Notes: generated by a model from the sequence alone, not told the origin. 64,000 nucleotides of DNA from Escherichia coli (GCF_024223415.1 NZ_CP100502.1); one strand, 5' to 3'. Shown: positions 49,026 through 59,968, numbered from the stretch's first letter. Program-made: numbers and translations.

Positions 49026-49696
49026 AGTGGTTGATAAAGATTATCCAGCAGCAAAAGGACATGGCCAAAACATAGCCATGGACCCAGAGGGCCTTCTTTA
49101 TGCCCTTTTATGCACCATGTTGAATGCCATAAGACAAATCCTCCTGTGCCCAGCAACACACACCATATGGCGTTATATAACCCTGACCATGCGGTAATAC
49201 CTGCAATAAGCCACAGGTCTCCAGTGCCAATATTAAGACGATGGCGGTTAACTAATTTATGAAGGCAGAATAAGACAATTGCAGCAGTGGCAAATTCTGT
49301 TGTACGGAACCACCATATATCAGTCGTGATTTGTGATAGCATTCCTGCAATTAAAAAACGTCGGGTGAATGTTCCTGGTAATAAACCTGTCAGTGCATCC
49401 GTTACCGCCATTTGCAGTATGAACGAAAGAATAAGGACAGCATGAATACGGTAGAGCAGTGGTGATGATGATAAAATAATTAACGCCACAGCTATACTGT
49501 ATAGCCATATTCCTGACAGAACAGCAGGGTGTGTCTTATACCAGAGATGTCCCGTATCAGATAAAAAATAACGAACTCTGAATAGCAGAGTTCGTCCAAT
49601 AATGGAAAATGTGAACATCAATGGCAGTATATAAACAGGGGATAGACTTATGCCTACGATTGTCTGCATTGCCTGCCTCCCTGTCCGGGAAGACAT
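49013..49696 (-). CDS. pilU: PilU prepilin peptidase, 227 aa
   Basis: Polytopic membrane protein; positional. Confidence 0.7.
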
Positions 49697-50214
49697 ATCC
49701 CTTTCATGTCACGATAAATTCTCCATATTTTATTGGCATATTGCTCTCTTGTTTCATGTCTGTCCTTACGGAATCCGGCATTGTATGACCCAAGGCAATT
49801 CCAGCTGACGCCACATATCTGAAAATGTCTTGCCAGTATCCAGCTTCCTATATGGATATTAAGGCATGGTTTGGTAATTAAATCCTCAGACTTTTTTATT
49901 ACGCCCATATTTATCAGCTTTGGAATATGGGTTGAGTTTATTTGCATCAACCCATAATCCGTGCTACTGGCTTTACCTGTTTTTTTGTCCTTATTTATAT
50001 TAATTGCGCCCGGCCTCAACGAAGATTCCCCGGCAGAAATAGCCTTCAATAATAATGGTTCAATTTGATAGCGCGCGCCGGCAGCGGCAAAGCAATTGTC
50101 CCACTTGTTGGTCCAGATCTGTTTGGGAGCTACGTATGAAGCTCGGGCGGGTGGAATAAGAGAAAAAAGCAGGATTAATGAAATAAGTCTGAGGGGTACT
50201 GTACCCCCTGACAT
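49654..50214 (-). CDS. pilT: PilT lytic transglycosylase (SLT domain), 186 aa
   Basis: Signal peptide; motifs AISAGESS and DYGLMQIN. Confidence 0.75.
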   Translation of the reverse strand: MSGGTVPLRLISLILLFSLIPPARASYVAPKQIWTNKWDNCFAAAGARYQIEPLLLKAISAGESSLRPGAININKDKKTGKASSTDYGLMQINSTHIPKLINMGVIKKSEDLITKPCLNIHIGSWILARHFQICGVSWNCLGSYNAGFRKDRHETREQYANKIWRIYRDMKGICLPGQGGRQCRQS

Positions 50215-50223
50215 TAAAACTCC

Positions 50224-50838
50224 TTAACCATTGATGGTGAAGATAAGTTTGTTTGTACCAGTGCTGCCATTATCTGCCTTGCATTGCGTACTGGCTTCTT
50301 CAGTAGTGACTTTTCCATCACTGTGAGCAGTACTGTTCAGGGTAATGCCGTTAGTTAAACCAGTTTTACTGATTCGTGTGGCAATCTGGATACAGGCATC
50401 CTGTGGGACTTTATCATAGGTAACGGTAAAACCGTTGTTGAACCCTGATGTTGAAGCCGGGGCAACAGTTACAGCACCGCCCCATGCGTTATAGAGCGTT
50501 GCTGTACCAGATGTTTTGTCGCCCTGTACGGTCATCCCAGAGGGAATGACACCCATCTGAATGAGGGCACCTGTCATTTTGGCACTGCTGGTAAATGTAT
50601 ATCCATCGCTACCTTTTAGCAGGCTCTGGGCACTTGTGATAATTGTTTGTATATTTGCGGTTTCAGTTGCCACATTGGCTCTTGTACGCAACGCATACAA
50701 ACTACCCAGAACAACGACTATAACAAAAAGAACAACGAGCGCTATTGTTCCCTGCTCCAAAATTGCCCATCCTTTATCATGAGGCTCATTCTTCTTATTA
50801 TTTCCAGTTAAAGTGGTATTAATATTTTCTACTAACAT
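50224..50838 (-). CDS. pilS: PilS type IV prepilin (major thin-pilus subunit), 204 aa
   Basis: Prepilin motif KGWAILEQGTIALVVLFVIVVVL. Confidence 0.8.
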   Translation of the reverse strand: MLVENINTTLTGNNKKNEPHDKGWAILEQGTIALVVLFVIVVVLGSLYALRTRANVATETANIQTIITSAQSLLKGSDGYTFTSSAKMTGALIQMGVIPSGMTVQGDKTSGTATLYNAWGGAVTVAPASTSGFNNGFTVTYDKVPQDACIQIATRISKTGLTNGITLNSTAHSDGKVTTEEASTQCKADNGSTGTNKLIFTING

Positions 50839-50855
50839 AAATATCCTCGTTTTGT

Positions 50856-51953
50856 TTAAAAGTTACCCATGCTGTTGTCACTAATAGACTGAATATCCAT
50901 AATGGCAAAAACCAGTAACATGAGAGACATGACAAGAAATATCAGCATAATTAAACGAATCACGTTTGCCCGTTTCTTTACACGTTGAAGTGTTTGACTA
51001 AGCCATCGTTGACCATAATTGCTGATTAGCTCTGTTGCGCCATCTCCCTGTAATAAAGACAGGAAGTTGGCTGCTTCCCTGGATGGGAACTGATAACCGC
51101 ACTGACGCAAAGCCAGTCCAAGATGATCCCCCTGGCGGACGCGGTAAATAATGCTGTCAAGACGTGTGCTTAACCATGGTGATGCAAACTCCTGAAGAAT
51201 GTTTAGCGAGTTGAGCGTCGTCATTTTGGCTTTCAGAAGTGCAGCCATATTCAGGAGAAATGTTGCTCCCTGTATATCCTGATAAATACTCCATGGCATT
51301 ATCTTGTCGGCAAAAGTACGAACACTGTCAGGGCTTTTCCAGTTTGGCAGAGACCATGATATTAAACCTGTGATCACTGCAAAAAGAACGGCACATATAG
51401 CGCCGTAATTATCGACAAAAACAGATAATCCATAAAGAAAACCAAGAGCACCACTCCATGAATCGGGGGAGCTTATTTTGCTCAGTTCAGGTATTAGCTC
51501 TGTATTCAGAACATATAATGTCCCCGTCATCATGATTAACAATCCCACCGGATAAATAGCCATTTGCCATATAGCCTGATGGATTTGTTCTTTTGCATCT
51601 GTAAGAGTGGTGGCGAATTGCAGTGCATCCACAATTGAACCACTTCTTATCCCGGCGCTGATTACTGCGGCCTCTTCCTGAGGAACCCATAAACTAAGAG
51701 TATATTCCAGAGAGTTTTCGCCACTGTTTTCACGAAGAGACTCAATGCAGTCTGTGGCCAGTTCAGCAAAGGGATGCCATTTTCGTCCAAAGTCTGTCCA
51801 GGCATCCCGCATCTGTTCCAGTGCGGTCTTTAATGGCTGTTTATTTTCCAGCAGAAAACGCAGGGCTTCGTAAAACTGCACCCTGTAGGGGGCGCTGAAC
51901 GTTTTTCTGACAATGAAACGCCTCAGCCGTTGACTGAAATTCATTTCACGCAT
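50856..51953 (-). CDS. pilR: PilR inner-membrane platform protein (GspF/PilC-like), 365 aa
   Basis: ORF track; polytopic; positional. Confidence 0.7.
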   Translation of the reverse strand: MREMNFSQRLRRFIVRKTFSAPYRVQFYEALRFLLENKQPLKTALEQMRDAWTDFGRKWHPFAELATDCIESLRENSGENSLEYTLSLWVPQEEAAVISAGIRSGSIVDALQFATTLTDAKEQIHQAIWQMAIYPVGLLIMMTGTLYVLNTELIPELSKISSPDSWSGALGFLYGLSVFVDNYGAICAVLFAVITGLISWSLPNWKSPDSVRTFADKIMPWSIYQDIQGATFLLNMAALLKAKMTTLNSLNILQEFASPWLSTRLDSIIYRVRQGDHLGLALRQCGYQFPSREAANFLSLLQGDGATELISNYGQRWLSQTLQRVKKRANVIRLIMLIFLVMSLMLLVFAIMDIQSISDNSMGNF

Positions 51954-51965
51954 GTTGTTCTCCTG

Positions 51966-53519
51966 TTAGACATCATCGATGCTGAGGCGCTCGTCTTCGT
52001 CCAGAGGGATGATTCTGTCGGCTTCAAGAGGGTCTACCAGACCTTCATTGATACGGCGAAGAAGATGCTCTACACGACTGATGCCTTTCATGTTTTCCAG
52101 CCAGTATTTACGTGCTGCAACTTTGCCGCGTGTTTTCAGAATCTGAAATAAGCGGTTATCAGGTTCTATCACCTCAGCAATTACAGTCCTGCCGGTGAGG
52201 CCTTTACCTATTTCACCGCGCTTTCTGCCGTTAATGATTACGTCGTGATTACATTCAGAGCATCCGTGATGATTTCGGAACCAGATATTATCTGTACTGC
52301 AGAGTGAATCTTTATTGCAGTGCCGCTCAAGGTAATCACGCTCGTCGTCGCTAAGTTCAGGTGCTCGCTTTTCCCATGGAATACGGCAGGAGGGACACAG
52401 AGTTGGTACAAGGCGCTGGCTGATCATCCCAATCAGTAATTGCGCATCGCAAATAAGATCGGCATTCATACCCATCGTAATCATTCGCTCCGGTATACCC
52501 AGAGCTGAGTTTGTATGTAATGTCGTCAGAACTATGTGCCCGGTCTGTGCCGCGTAGGTGGTTGACATCATCGAGATAAGATCGCGCATTTCCCCTTCCA
52601 TGATGGCATCAGGGTCAAGTCGCATTGCCGATGAAATAGCCCGACTCCATGCCAGTTTGACGGCATCTTCGTCGGATTTGTCGCAGATAATCGGAGTCTG
52701 TGTTGCTCCCAGTATCTGTCCTTCCAGCGGATCTTCGATTGTTAGCAGGTGTCGCCCCTGATTATCGTCAAGATATACACGGCAGGCGCTGCGTAACGTT
52801 GTCGATTTACCGGAACCGGTTGGACCTGACAGGACTATTTTTCCTTCCGGGCGGCGCAGCATTATGTTCAGCAACCGGATTTGTTCCGGGATAAAGCCCA
52901 GTTGTTTAAACGTGGGAACTTTATCTCCGTCATCGGGTATCAGGCGCATAACTGCAATCAGACCGTCTCCCGTAGGTCTGTGACTGTAGCGTGCACCAAA
53001 TATTCCTATTTTTCGCATTAATTGTGGGGACAGGCGCGCATCCTGCTCCCTTTGAGGGAAGAAACTGGTTTCAGTGACATCAGCCATTGACAGAATGGCT
53101 GTTGCGCAAAGTGAATAGCCCAGTGCTGGTTGATCTTCATCTACAGTCTGCAGTTCACCGAATATTCTCATGCGAACTTTGAAAATAGACTCTGAAATTA
53201 AGAAATGAATATCTGAAGCACCAAGTTTTCTGGCAGTTTCAAAATAAGATAGAACTTTCTTCTCACTTTCACTGACATCAGCAAGGTCTTTCAGATGAAT
53301 AATTCGTTCTTTCGGGCCTCTGTTTTTCTCATCCTGACCTGCCTCCTGTAACTCCGACAACGAGACTACTTTTGGGTTGATATCCGGATATAATTTTAGC
53401 AGCTCCTGGAGATTACTTTGTACGTCAGGCCTTGTCCGCTGGTTTGTTTCTATAAGAATTTCATGGGTGTCTCCCCTGGATATAAAAAGGAGAGCATCCT
53501 TCAGATTATATTTATCCAT
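51966..53519 (-). CDS. pilQ: PilQ secretion ATPase (GspE/PilB family), 517 aa
   Basis: Walker A GPTGSGKST; C-terminal tetracysteine motif; 517 aa. Confidence 0.85.
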   Translation of the reverse strand: MDKYNLKDALLFISRGDTHEILIETNQRTRPDVQSNLQELLKLYPDINPKVVSLSELQEAGQDEKNRGPKERIIHLKDLADVSESEKKVLSYFETARKLGASDIHFLISESIFKVRMRIFGELQTVDEDQPALGYSLCATAILSMADVTETSFFPQREQDARLSPQLMRKIGIFGARYSHRPTGDGLIAVMRLIPDDGDKVPTFKQLGFIPEQIRLLNIMLRRPEGKIVLSGPTGSGKSTTLRSACRVYLDDNQGRHLLTIEDPLEGQILGATQTPIICDKSDEDAVKLAWSRAISSAMRLDPDAIMEGEMRDLISMMSTTYAAQTGHIVLTTLHTNSALGIPERMITMGMNADLICDAQLLIGMISQRLVPTLCPSCRIPWEKRAPELSDDERDYLERHCNKDSLCSTDNIWFRNHHGCSECNHDVIINGRKRGEIGKGLTGRTVIAEVIEPDNRLFQILKTRGKVAARKYWLENMKGISRVEHLLRRINEGLVDPLEADRIIPLDEDERLSIDDV

Positions 53520-53529
53520 ATCACGTTAC

Positions 53530-53982
53530 TCAGAAAGTAAGGGTGGTGCCATCACTTAACGTGACGCCAGACAATGAGATCGACTTCACTGTGACGGATG
53601 TGCCTGGAAGCTGGCTGCCAGTGGTGACGCTTGTCTGACGTCCATCAGCCATGCGAAGAACGGCATTAAGACGTTTATCTTTGCCGTTTATTTCCATAAT
53701 GATGGGCAATTCCTTTCTGTTTTTAGATGTCGGCTGCTCTGAAACTGATGGCAAAGAGGCAGTCACACCAGAGAAACCTGAAACAGTTTCAGATGATGAA
53801 GTAACATCTGATTCTTCGAGTTGTTTCTGTAGCTGTGCGCCCTGAACTTTTGCCTGTAAAAGAATATTCCGGTTTTGTTGTGCTTCAAGTTCTCCTATTG
53901 TGACAAGAGGTTGTGTTGTTGCAAATGAAAAACCGGAGAAGAAAAATATGGATGGAATAATGAGTAATTTACCTGGACGCAT
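53530..53982 (-). CDS. pilP: PilP, 150 aa
   Basis: Signal peptide; positional. Confidence 0.6.
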   Translation of the reverse strand: MRPGKLLIIPSIFFFSGFSFATTQPLVTIGELEAQQNRNILLQAKVQGAQLQKQLEESDVTSSSETVSGFSGVTASLPSVSEQPTSKNRKELPIIMEINGKDKRLNAVLRMADGRQTSVTTGSQLPGTSVTVKSISLSGVTLSDGTTLTF

Positions 53983-55264
53983 AAATATGACCTTCTGAGG
54001 AATAACTGAAAGTACCGCCGTTTAATTCAAAATGGATATTGCTCAGACGAACGCCGGTATCCTGAAATAAAGGGAACAACTCATCAGGATTTACAGGCGT
54101 TGATAAACTGAACTGATATTCTTTCCATTTCTGAACAGGGGCTGGTTCACCATCGTTACCTGGTAATGGTTCCGGTATGGCTATTTCATTAATGGCCGGC
54201 GTTAACTGTTTTTTCTGAAACCACGTGAACACCCGCATCAGTTGTTCTGAGGGGGTAGGGACTGCCTCATCCCTGCGGGGCAGGGAAGGCAGTGGCCGGG
54301 TTACAGAAGCCAGGCGTGCACCATCTTTAAGGTTAAAGTCAGGAATAACATTAAAGATTTCTTTGCTTCTTGCCAGAAAGCCTTCAATAGTTCCTCCTGG
54401 CTGTCGTTCGTAAATCAGTGTGAATGTCTCGGGAGTACATGTTCCACCGGTAAGTTTCCAGCCTTCTAGCGCGACCGGTGATGGTTTTCGAAGGTCCGCG
54501 CAGGCTTTCAGAAAATCACTGATTACAGGTTGTGATGCCCATGGATGCGGGAGTTCTGGCGGTGGATCGGGCTTTTTAAACTGCAATCTTGCCCGTGCAG
54601 CTATCTCCTCGGGCGTCGGTACGACATCCGGCTCTGGCTGAGTCATCCAGAATACAGTGCCTGCGCCGGCTGCTACTAAAAACAGTACGGCAGGCAGTGT
54701 GAATTTGCTGCGATTGCCGACAGTAAGTTTGCAACGGCGGAGATCTGCTGATGATAACCGGGTAATAATACTTTCCCAGTTATCAGGATGTTCCAGAGGA
54801 GATACGACCTGCCATTTTTCGGGGGGCTCTTCGTTCATCGTCAGAAAAAGACTGACCTTTTGAGCAACATCAGCATCATTTCCTGACAGATCAGCCATAA
54901 CGGCAGGCTGGCCATTAATGGAGGCAAGGAATAAAAGCTCCTTATCGCTGTACCGGAAGACGCCGTATCCATTTCTCACCCATGAGCAGAAAGCCAGAGC
55001 AAGGGAAAAATAATGATTGCGCTCCGGCCTGGCCAGTATTCCTGTGCCGGTAATGCGGCTGATCTTCCCACGGGAACTTCTGCTGCCTACAGTCACTTTC
55101 AGAGAGGTAAGCCGTCTGGATTTTACATGGGGCTTGTGTTTCTGATGAGAAGGGACTCGCTGTTTTTTTACGACAGGACTCCATTTAAGACAGGCTGCCC
55201 ACACGCGATGATTTACTTTAGGATCTGCGAGAAGCACAACCGGGTTGATATCTTCATCAGCCAT
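53969..55264 (-). CDS. pilO: PilO, 431 aa
   Basis: ORF track; positional. Confidence 0.6.
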   Translation of the reverse strand: MADEDINPVVLLADPKVNHRVWAACLKWSPVVKKQRVPSHQKHKPHVKSRRLTSLKVTVGSRSSRGKISRITGTGILARPERNHYFSLALAFCSWVRNGYGVFRYSDKELLFLASINGQPAVMADLSGNDADVAQKVSLFLTMNEEPPEKWQVVSPLEHPDNWESIITRLSSADLRRCKLTVGNRSKFTLPAVLFLVAAGAGTVFWMTQPEPDVVPTPEEIAARARLQFKKPDPPPELPHPWASQPVISDFLKACADLRKPSPVALEGWKLTGGTCTPETFTLIYERQPGGTIEGFLARSKEIFNVIPDFNLKDGARLASVTRPLPSLPRRDEAVPTPSEQLMRVFTWFQKKQLTPAINEIAIPEPLPGNDGEPAPVQKWKEYQFSLSTPVNPDELFPLFQDTGVRLSNIHFELNGGTFSYSSEGHIYASR

Positions 55265-56939
55265 TGTTGCCTCCTGACGGGAAAGTCGGGGTAATGATGA
55301 TTACAAGCGTGCTGCGTTCATTTTTCCCGGTTTGTGAACCACCAAATAATGGATTTGCTGGCGTAAACGTACCGGCTTTACTTGTCGTCGTATTGTTCTG
55401 ATCGAAACCAGTAACGACAAGTGATTGCCCTTCTTTCAGATTGACCTTCTGGCTCAGTGAACGCAGTTTGGTATACGGCATTTCGATGTAACTGTTTCCG
55501 TCTTTTGACGTAAAGCTACGGATTGTTGGGGGATCTGACAGATTAAAATTCATCTGCAACTGGAGATTGCCCGTTTTCTGAATTAAAGGCAGCAGGGTCA
55601 TATTGAATCCGGTGGTGATCATGCCCGGCGTTAATGTTGTTGTTGCTCCTACATCCGTAGTCGTTGTTGTTGCTGACTGGGCGACGTAAACCGTCTGATC
55701 TGCCATCTGGATAGGTACCGGCGTCAGGTTTGTGACAGTGCTTTCTTGTGAAGTCACAACACTGACATCGCCCTGTTCACTCAGCGCTTTAATCAGAAGA
55801 CTGGAACCGCTGAATTTGGCGGCATTCCCTGTTGCCGTATCCAGAATTGATACGCCTGCAGATGTAGCGCCTGTAAAATCTCCGCTTGCATTGTTCAACG
55901 TTGCTCCGGCGGAATGTAGCGATTTATAAACAAGGTTCCAGTCCAGACCGAACTGTTCGTTTCTGGTATTGCTGACGCTCAGAACCTGTACGTTCAGGGC
56001 TACCTGGCGGTTCATAATACTGTTTTGTTCGTCCACATATCGTGCGACGGCTTCCTGGACAGCTGGAGTATCAGTGACAGTCAGCGTTGAGCTCGATGCA
56101 GATAACCAGTAACGGCCTTTTTCTGGTGTCAGCATTGCTTCAATAGTTTTCCGGATGTCTTCATACAGATCGTATTCCTGACCAACGGTTGTGCTCTGAG
56201 AGGACGTTGCATCACCGGATGCTGAGTTATCCTGGCCTCCTGTTGCCCCCATTGTGCTTGTTGAGCCAGAGCTGACACTGGAACTGCTGCTGGTTTTGGT
56301 GTTCAGCATATGAAGTGGATACGTTCTGGTTTCAGTCAGATAGAATACAATCCGACCATTATCCATGCGCCAGTACAGACCACTCCGGCTGGCCATCAGA
56401 TCCAGAAGACCATTGATATCTCCCTGCCACATGAGGTTATTCAGCGTTAATGGCTGAGTGGAGGTAGTCATTGTTGTGCTGCCCAGGCTGCTTAACGGTA
56501 GACGCCCATTTTCATCTGGTGCTGGTAGTGTTCCTGTCATCTGGCGGGTAGCGCCTCCTTCAAGAGTTGAATTGGCTGCGTCAGGCGTGATGATCACAGG
56601 GATGCCGCATACGGCAGTAATACGTTGCCCCAGTTCCTGCAGAGTGATCTCTCCTTTTCTTGCCTGCGTGATGTAGCAGGCCGGAGCTGTTTGTTTTTTC
56701 TCTCTTGATACCTGAGCGACCGGAACAGGGTTTATCCATTGATTATCGAGCCAGGTAAGAGCCTGCGATTTACGGGCCGAAAGGGCTGATACCTTTTCCC
56801 GTGCATGTGCTGAGTCTTCCTGTGCTTTTTTCTGCATTTTGTTGATTTCGCTGAAAGTACATCCGGAGATGGAAAGAGCGACGGCGATCATGCAGGGGAG
56901 CACCGCCAGCTTCATTGAACGCTGGTGTGATTTTTTCAT
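55257..56939 (-). CDS. pilN: PilN secretin-like outer-membrane lipoprotein, 560 aa
   Basis: Lipobox SISGC; secretin-like C-terminal region; 560 aa. Confidence 0.8.
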   Translation of the reverse strand: MKKSHQRSMKLAVLPCMIAVALSISGCTFSEINKMQKKAQEDSAHAREKVSALSARKSQALTWLDNQWINPVPVAQVSREKKQTAPACYITQARKGEITLQELGQRITAVCGIPVIITPDAANSTLEGGATRQMTGTLPAPDENGRLPLSSLGSTTMTTSTQPLTLNNLMWQGDINGLLDLMASRSGLYWRMDNGRIVFYLTETRTYPLHMLNTKTSSSSSVSSGSTSTMGATGGQDNSASGDATSSQSTTVGQEYDLYEDIRKTIEAMLTPEKGRYWLSASSSTLTVTDTPAVQEAVARYVDEQNSIMNRQVALNVQVLSVSNTRNEQFGLDWNLVYKSLHSAGATLNNASGDFTGATSAGVSILDTATGNAAKFSGSSLLIKALSEQGDVSVVTSQESTVTNLTPVPIQMADQTVYVAQSATTTTTDVGATTTLTPGMITTGFNMTLLPLIQKTGNLQLQMNFNLSDPPTIRSFTSKDGNSYIEMPYTKLRSLSQKVNLKEGQSLVVTGFDQNNTTTSKAGTFTPANPLFGGSQTGKNERSTLVIIITPTFPSGGNNG

Positions 56940-56952
56940 GAATATATCCAGA

Positions 56953-57390
56953 TTAGTTAACGTAGACGACAGAACCAGCAGTAATGCCTGCCGGGGGTGT
57001 CAGACCGGTTGCAGTTCCTGATAGCCAGGTGAGTTGCCCGTTTTGGAAGATCCCTATTAGTGCAGAACCACGACTTTTTGAACGCAAAGTTTCAACAAGA
57101 CCTGGTTGTTCAGGCATCCATACCCACAGACGCCCCTGTTGTAACTGATGTTTAATTCGGGAGTCCGGAGTGACAGGGAGAGCCAGTTTATCTGAGGAAA
57201 TTACTCCGTCCTGCTGGCCTGATACGTATCTGATATCATTGATTCTGTTAGCAATCATTAGTATCTGACTTGCCCATACAGACGCACTTGCATATTGCTG
57301 GGCGTTTGTGGTTTCAGACATCTTCTGATTCTGGTAGCTACCAGTGATAATCAGAATGGTCAGGCCGACGGCCATGACCAGCCATCCCAT
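56953..57390 (-). CDS. pilM: PilM, 145 aa
   Basis: Signal-anchor; positional. Confidence 0.6.
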   Translation of the reverse strand: MGWLVMAVGLTILIITGSYQNQKMSETTNAQQYASASVWASQILMIANRINDIRYVSGQQDGVISSDKLALPVTPDSRIKHQLQQGRLWVWMPEQPGLVETLRSKSRGSALIGIFQNGQLTWLSGTATGLTPPAGITAGSVVYVN

Positions 57391-58457
57391 TAGCGACCAT
57401 CCCTTGTATCAGAAACTGTAATGATGCACTGCATGCGAGAAGCCTGTGCGTATAAAGGTTTTTGCGCAGTCCGATATAACTCAAATACCTGCTCCATGGC
57501 TGATTCAAATGATCCCCGGAACATTAAAGGCGCATCCAGACGGTAATCGGTTACAGAAAGTGGCCATATGACCATCCAGTGCGTTGATGCCATGCTTTCG
57601 CATTTTGTTTCTTCTGCCCACTTGATAATGTTCTCTCTTAATGTGGTGCCTGCCGGCGCACGCCACTCTTTACCCTGAGATACCGGTTTAACAGGCGTTC
57701 CGGTCATGAGCGGGATAGACTTGACTGTGGAGCCGGTTGGAGTCGGGGTGGCGGCGGGCGTTGACGAAGATACGCTGTTTCCCCTGAATGGATTTCGTGG
57801 TTTGTTTTGGCTATTTGCTGTCGTTGGAGATTCAGGGTAAGTGGATGTGGTTACCATGGCTGCTGGCGAGATAGTGGTTGCCGTGTCCTGTGCCGGTGCA
57901 GCAGCTGATGTTGTGACGGTCAACGTTTTATTATTCCAGTCCAGATGGCCCCAGAGGTGTTGTTCTTCCAGCAACCGGTTCAGAGAACGGGTCCACTGAT
58001 CATTGGCAGACCATGAAACCAGTTTGGTATTCAGCTTGGGCGTGGCTGCATTCTCTTGTCTGAATTTCCATCCTTCCGGTAGTAATGTTTTTATCCACTG
58101 ACTGACGGTCCGGTTACGGGCCGTCGGCGATAGTGTTACAGGGGCGCTACCAGGCTTGCCTGTAATGATTAACCGGGAGAAATTCTGACTTATTGTTGGT
58201 GAAGGTAACGGTCGGGATTCGCTAACAGGCTGTGCTGTTTTTACTGTCTCTGGCACGCTGACTCTCGGGGGGGGAGTTATTTTAGGTGGAGAAAGACGTT
58301 GTTGCGTAAGTGCCAGAACGCCAGCACTTTCACTGATTTGTCCGTCAACAAAAACCAGAGCAGGCGTATCTGATGGTGCCACGTTATTGCTGCCGGAAAT
58401 TCCGGCACAGCCGGACAATAATGACGGCAGTATAAGTGTCAGACAGTTTTTTTTCAT
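57390..58457 (-). CDS. pilL: PilL lipoprotein, 355 aa
   Basis: Lipobox LLSGC; Pro/Thr-rich linker. Confidence 0.7.
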   Translation of the reverse strand: MKKNCLTLILPSLLSGCAGISGSNNVAPSDTPALVFVDGQISESAGVLALTQQRLSPPKITPPPRVSVPETVKTAQPVSESRPLPSPTISQNFSRLIITGKPGSAPVTLSPTARNRTVSQWIKTLLPEGWKFRQENAATPKLNTKLVSWSANDQWTRSLNRLLEEQHLWGHLDWNNKTLTVTTSAAAPAQDTATTISPAAMVTTSTYPESPTTANSQNKPRNPFRGNSVSSSTPAATPTPTGSTVKSIPLMTGTPVKPVSQGKEWRAPAGTTLRENIIKWAEETKCESMASTHWMVIWPLSVTDYRLDAPLMFRGSFESAMEQVFELYRTAQKPLYAQASRMQCIITVSDTRDGR

Positions 58458-58490
58458 AACGGAGACTCCGTGTTCGTATATACGTGTTTG

Positions 58491-59084
58491 TTAATTGGTG
58501 TGAGGCGGCTGGAGAGGACGAATGACGACTGTCATTCCGTCCGAATGCAAATGCGGGAAAGACCACTGAAATAAGAGATATATAAAAGGAATTGATAATT
58601 TTTCGTACAGACTTGTTTTCCGTGGGTATGTAATAACTGAAAAACTCAAATCATAAGATTCCAGTCTCTTTATAAGTTTATTTATTCTTGCTGGAGTAAA
58701 GAGATGTGAATGCATGACAATGATTTCATCATTATTAATTGCTTTTGATATCAGAGAAAGCAATACATCCCAGTGTTTCCTCATTGACTTCGGGCAACGT
58801 GTGTCAGCATAGGGGCTAAGATGTATAGTTGATTTCTTGCTTCCCTTTTTCTTCTTCACAAAGAATGTGAAGTCGTATTTAGATGCAGACCTTACAATAA
58901 GAAGTACACATCTGAAAAGTAGTGGGAAAATGCAAATCACAACCACCACACAGAAATATAACATATAAGGCAATGATAAGTTGTCAGTGTATGGATAACG
59001 TAAGTATTGCCATGGGGTAGTGATGTACAGACAAAGCGTACACCAAAGCAACCATAGATATAATGGTACGTTATTATTTTTCAT
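58491..59084 (-). CDS. pilK: PilK-like membrane protein, 197 aa
   Basis: ORF track; AT-rich; positional. Confidence 0.5.
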   Translation of the reverse strand: MKNNNVPLYLWLLWCTLCLYITTPWQYLRYPYTDNLSLPYMLYFCVVVVICIFPLLFRCVLLIVRSASKYDFTFFVKKKKGSKKSTIHLSPYADTRCPKSMRKHWDVLLSLISKAINNDEIIVMHSHLFTPARINKLIKRLESYDLSFSVITYPRKTSLYEKLSIPFIYLLFQWSFPHLHSDGMTVVIRPLQPPHTN

Positions 59085-59377
59085 ATTAGTTGACTTTTAA
59101 TACTGTTTTCTATCACCACATTTTTATGTGTCTCATTTGGCACTTCGTACTGTTGGAAATATTGTTGGCGGCGGATGCGTGTCTGTTCACTGCTTTCTAT
59201 TAACACCGCCATGGCGATTGCAAAGTATATGCAAATCAGGAAAATCCAGAACGCGTTTGGTATCTTCCAAAAAAGTGTGGACAGTTTGTTATGTGGTGAA
59301 GCTAAAATCGGAGAAAGGATTCCACAGACAATCACAATCGCGATGGTTAATTTAACTAGAAAGAACATGGTAAACAT
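59081..59377 (-). CDS. pilJ: PilJ-like small membrane protein, 98 aa from ATG 59377 (ORF track extends to TTG 59434)
   Basis: SD ggaga upstream of the ATG; hydrophobic N-terminus. Confidence 0.5.
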   Translation of the reverse strand: MFTMFFLVKLTIAIVIVCGILSPILASPHNKLSTLFWKIPNAFWIFLICIYFAIAMAVLIESSEQTRIRRQQYFQQYEVPNETHKNVVIENSIKSQLI

Positions 59378-59552
59378 CGTTAATCTCCATGATAAAAGGG
59401 AGAGAGGTAATAAAGAAAATAAAGATGGCAACAAACGGCTAAATTAAAATCGTTAAAAGGTGTACACAGACAATCGCAATCGCGATGGTAAATTTAACTA
59501 AAAAGAACACGGCCCCCACCTGTTTTGACGAGGTCTTTTGTTTTTGTTGTGT

Positions 59553-59807
59553 TTACGACAGCCAGTCCTGTAGATGCTGATGGCGGGAGCTGCTGCCCTT
59601 GTGCCAGCGGCAGTGGCTGCCGGGAGCACGCTCCAGTCGGAACAGAAATCGGTTGTCGCGTAGTACCACCACGAGACAGTTATCCGGCGTGCAGAAACGT
59701 CGGGCAAGCTCATCGGGGTCTGTCGGTGTTTTCGTTGAAAACAGCCTGCGTTTGCAGTGTGCGTCGACGACCAGTATTTGCAGTCGTCCGGGATGTTGCT
59801 GTGGCAT
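59553..59807 (-). CDS. pilI: PilI-like protein, 84 aa
   Basis: Internal ATG 59807 with strong SD aaggag; first gene of the pil operon. Confidence 0.6.
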   Translation of the reverse strand: MPQQHPGRLQILVVDAHCKRRLFSTKTPTDPDELARRFCTPDNCLVVVLRDNRFLFRLERAPGSHCRWHKGSSSRHQHLQDWLS

Positions 59808-59867
59808 CAAAGACTCCTTCCGGAACGGGAAAAGAAGCAGCTGTACCGTCATAACTGCACGTACCGG

Positions 59868-59956
59868 TTGCGAAAAAACGGCACAAGCGAGTAGTGACAG
59901 AAAGAATGTCGGAAACGGCAGGAAGGGCGGTACAGGCTGCGAAGACGGGAAACGGG
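59868..59956. repeat. ~88-bp direct repeat, copy 1 (upstream of pilI)
   Basis: About 95% identical to 60581-60670. Confidence 0.85.
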
Positions 59957-59968
59957 TTGTGTTGGGAA

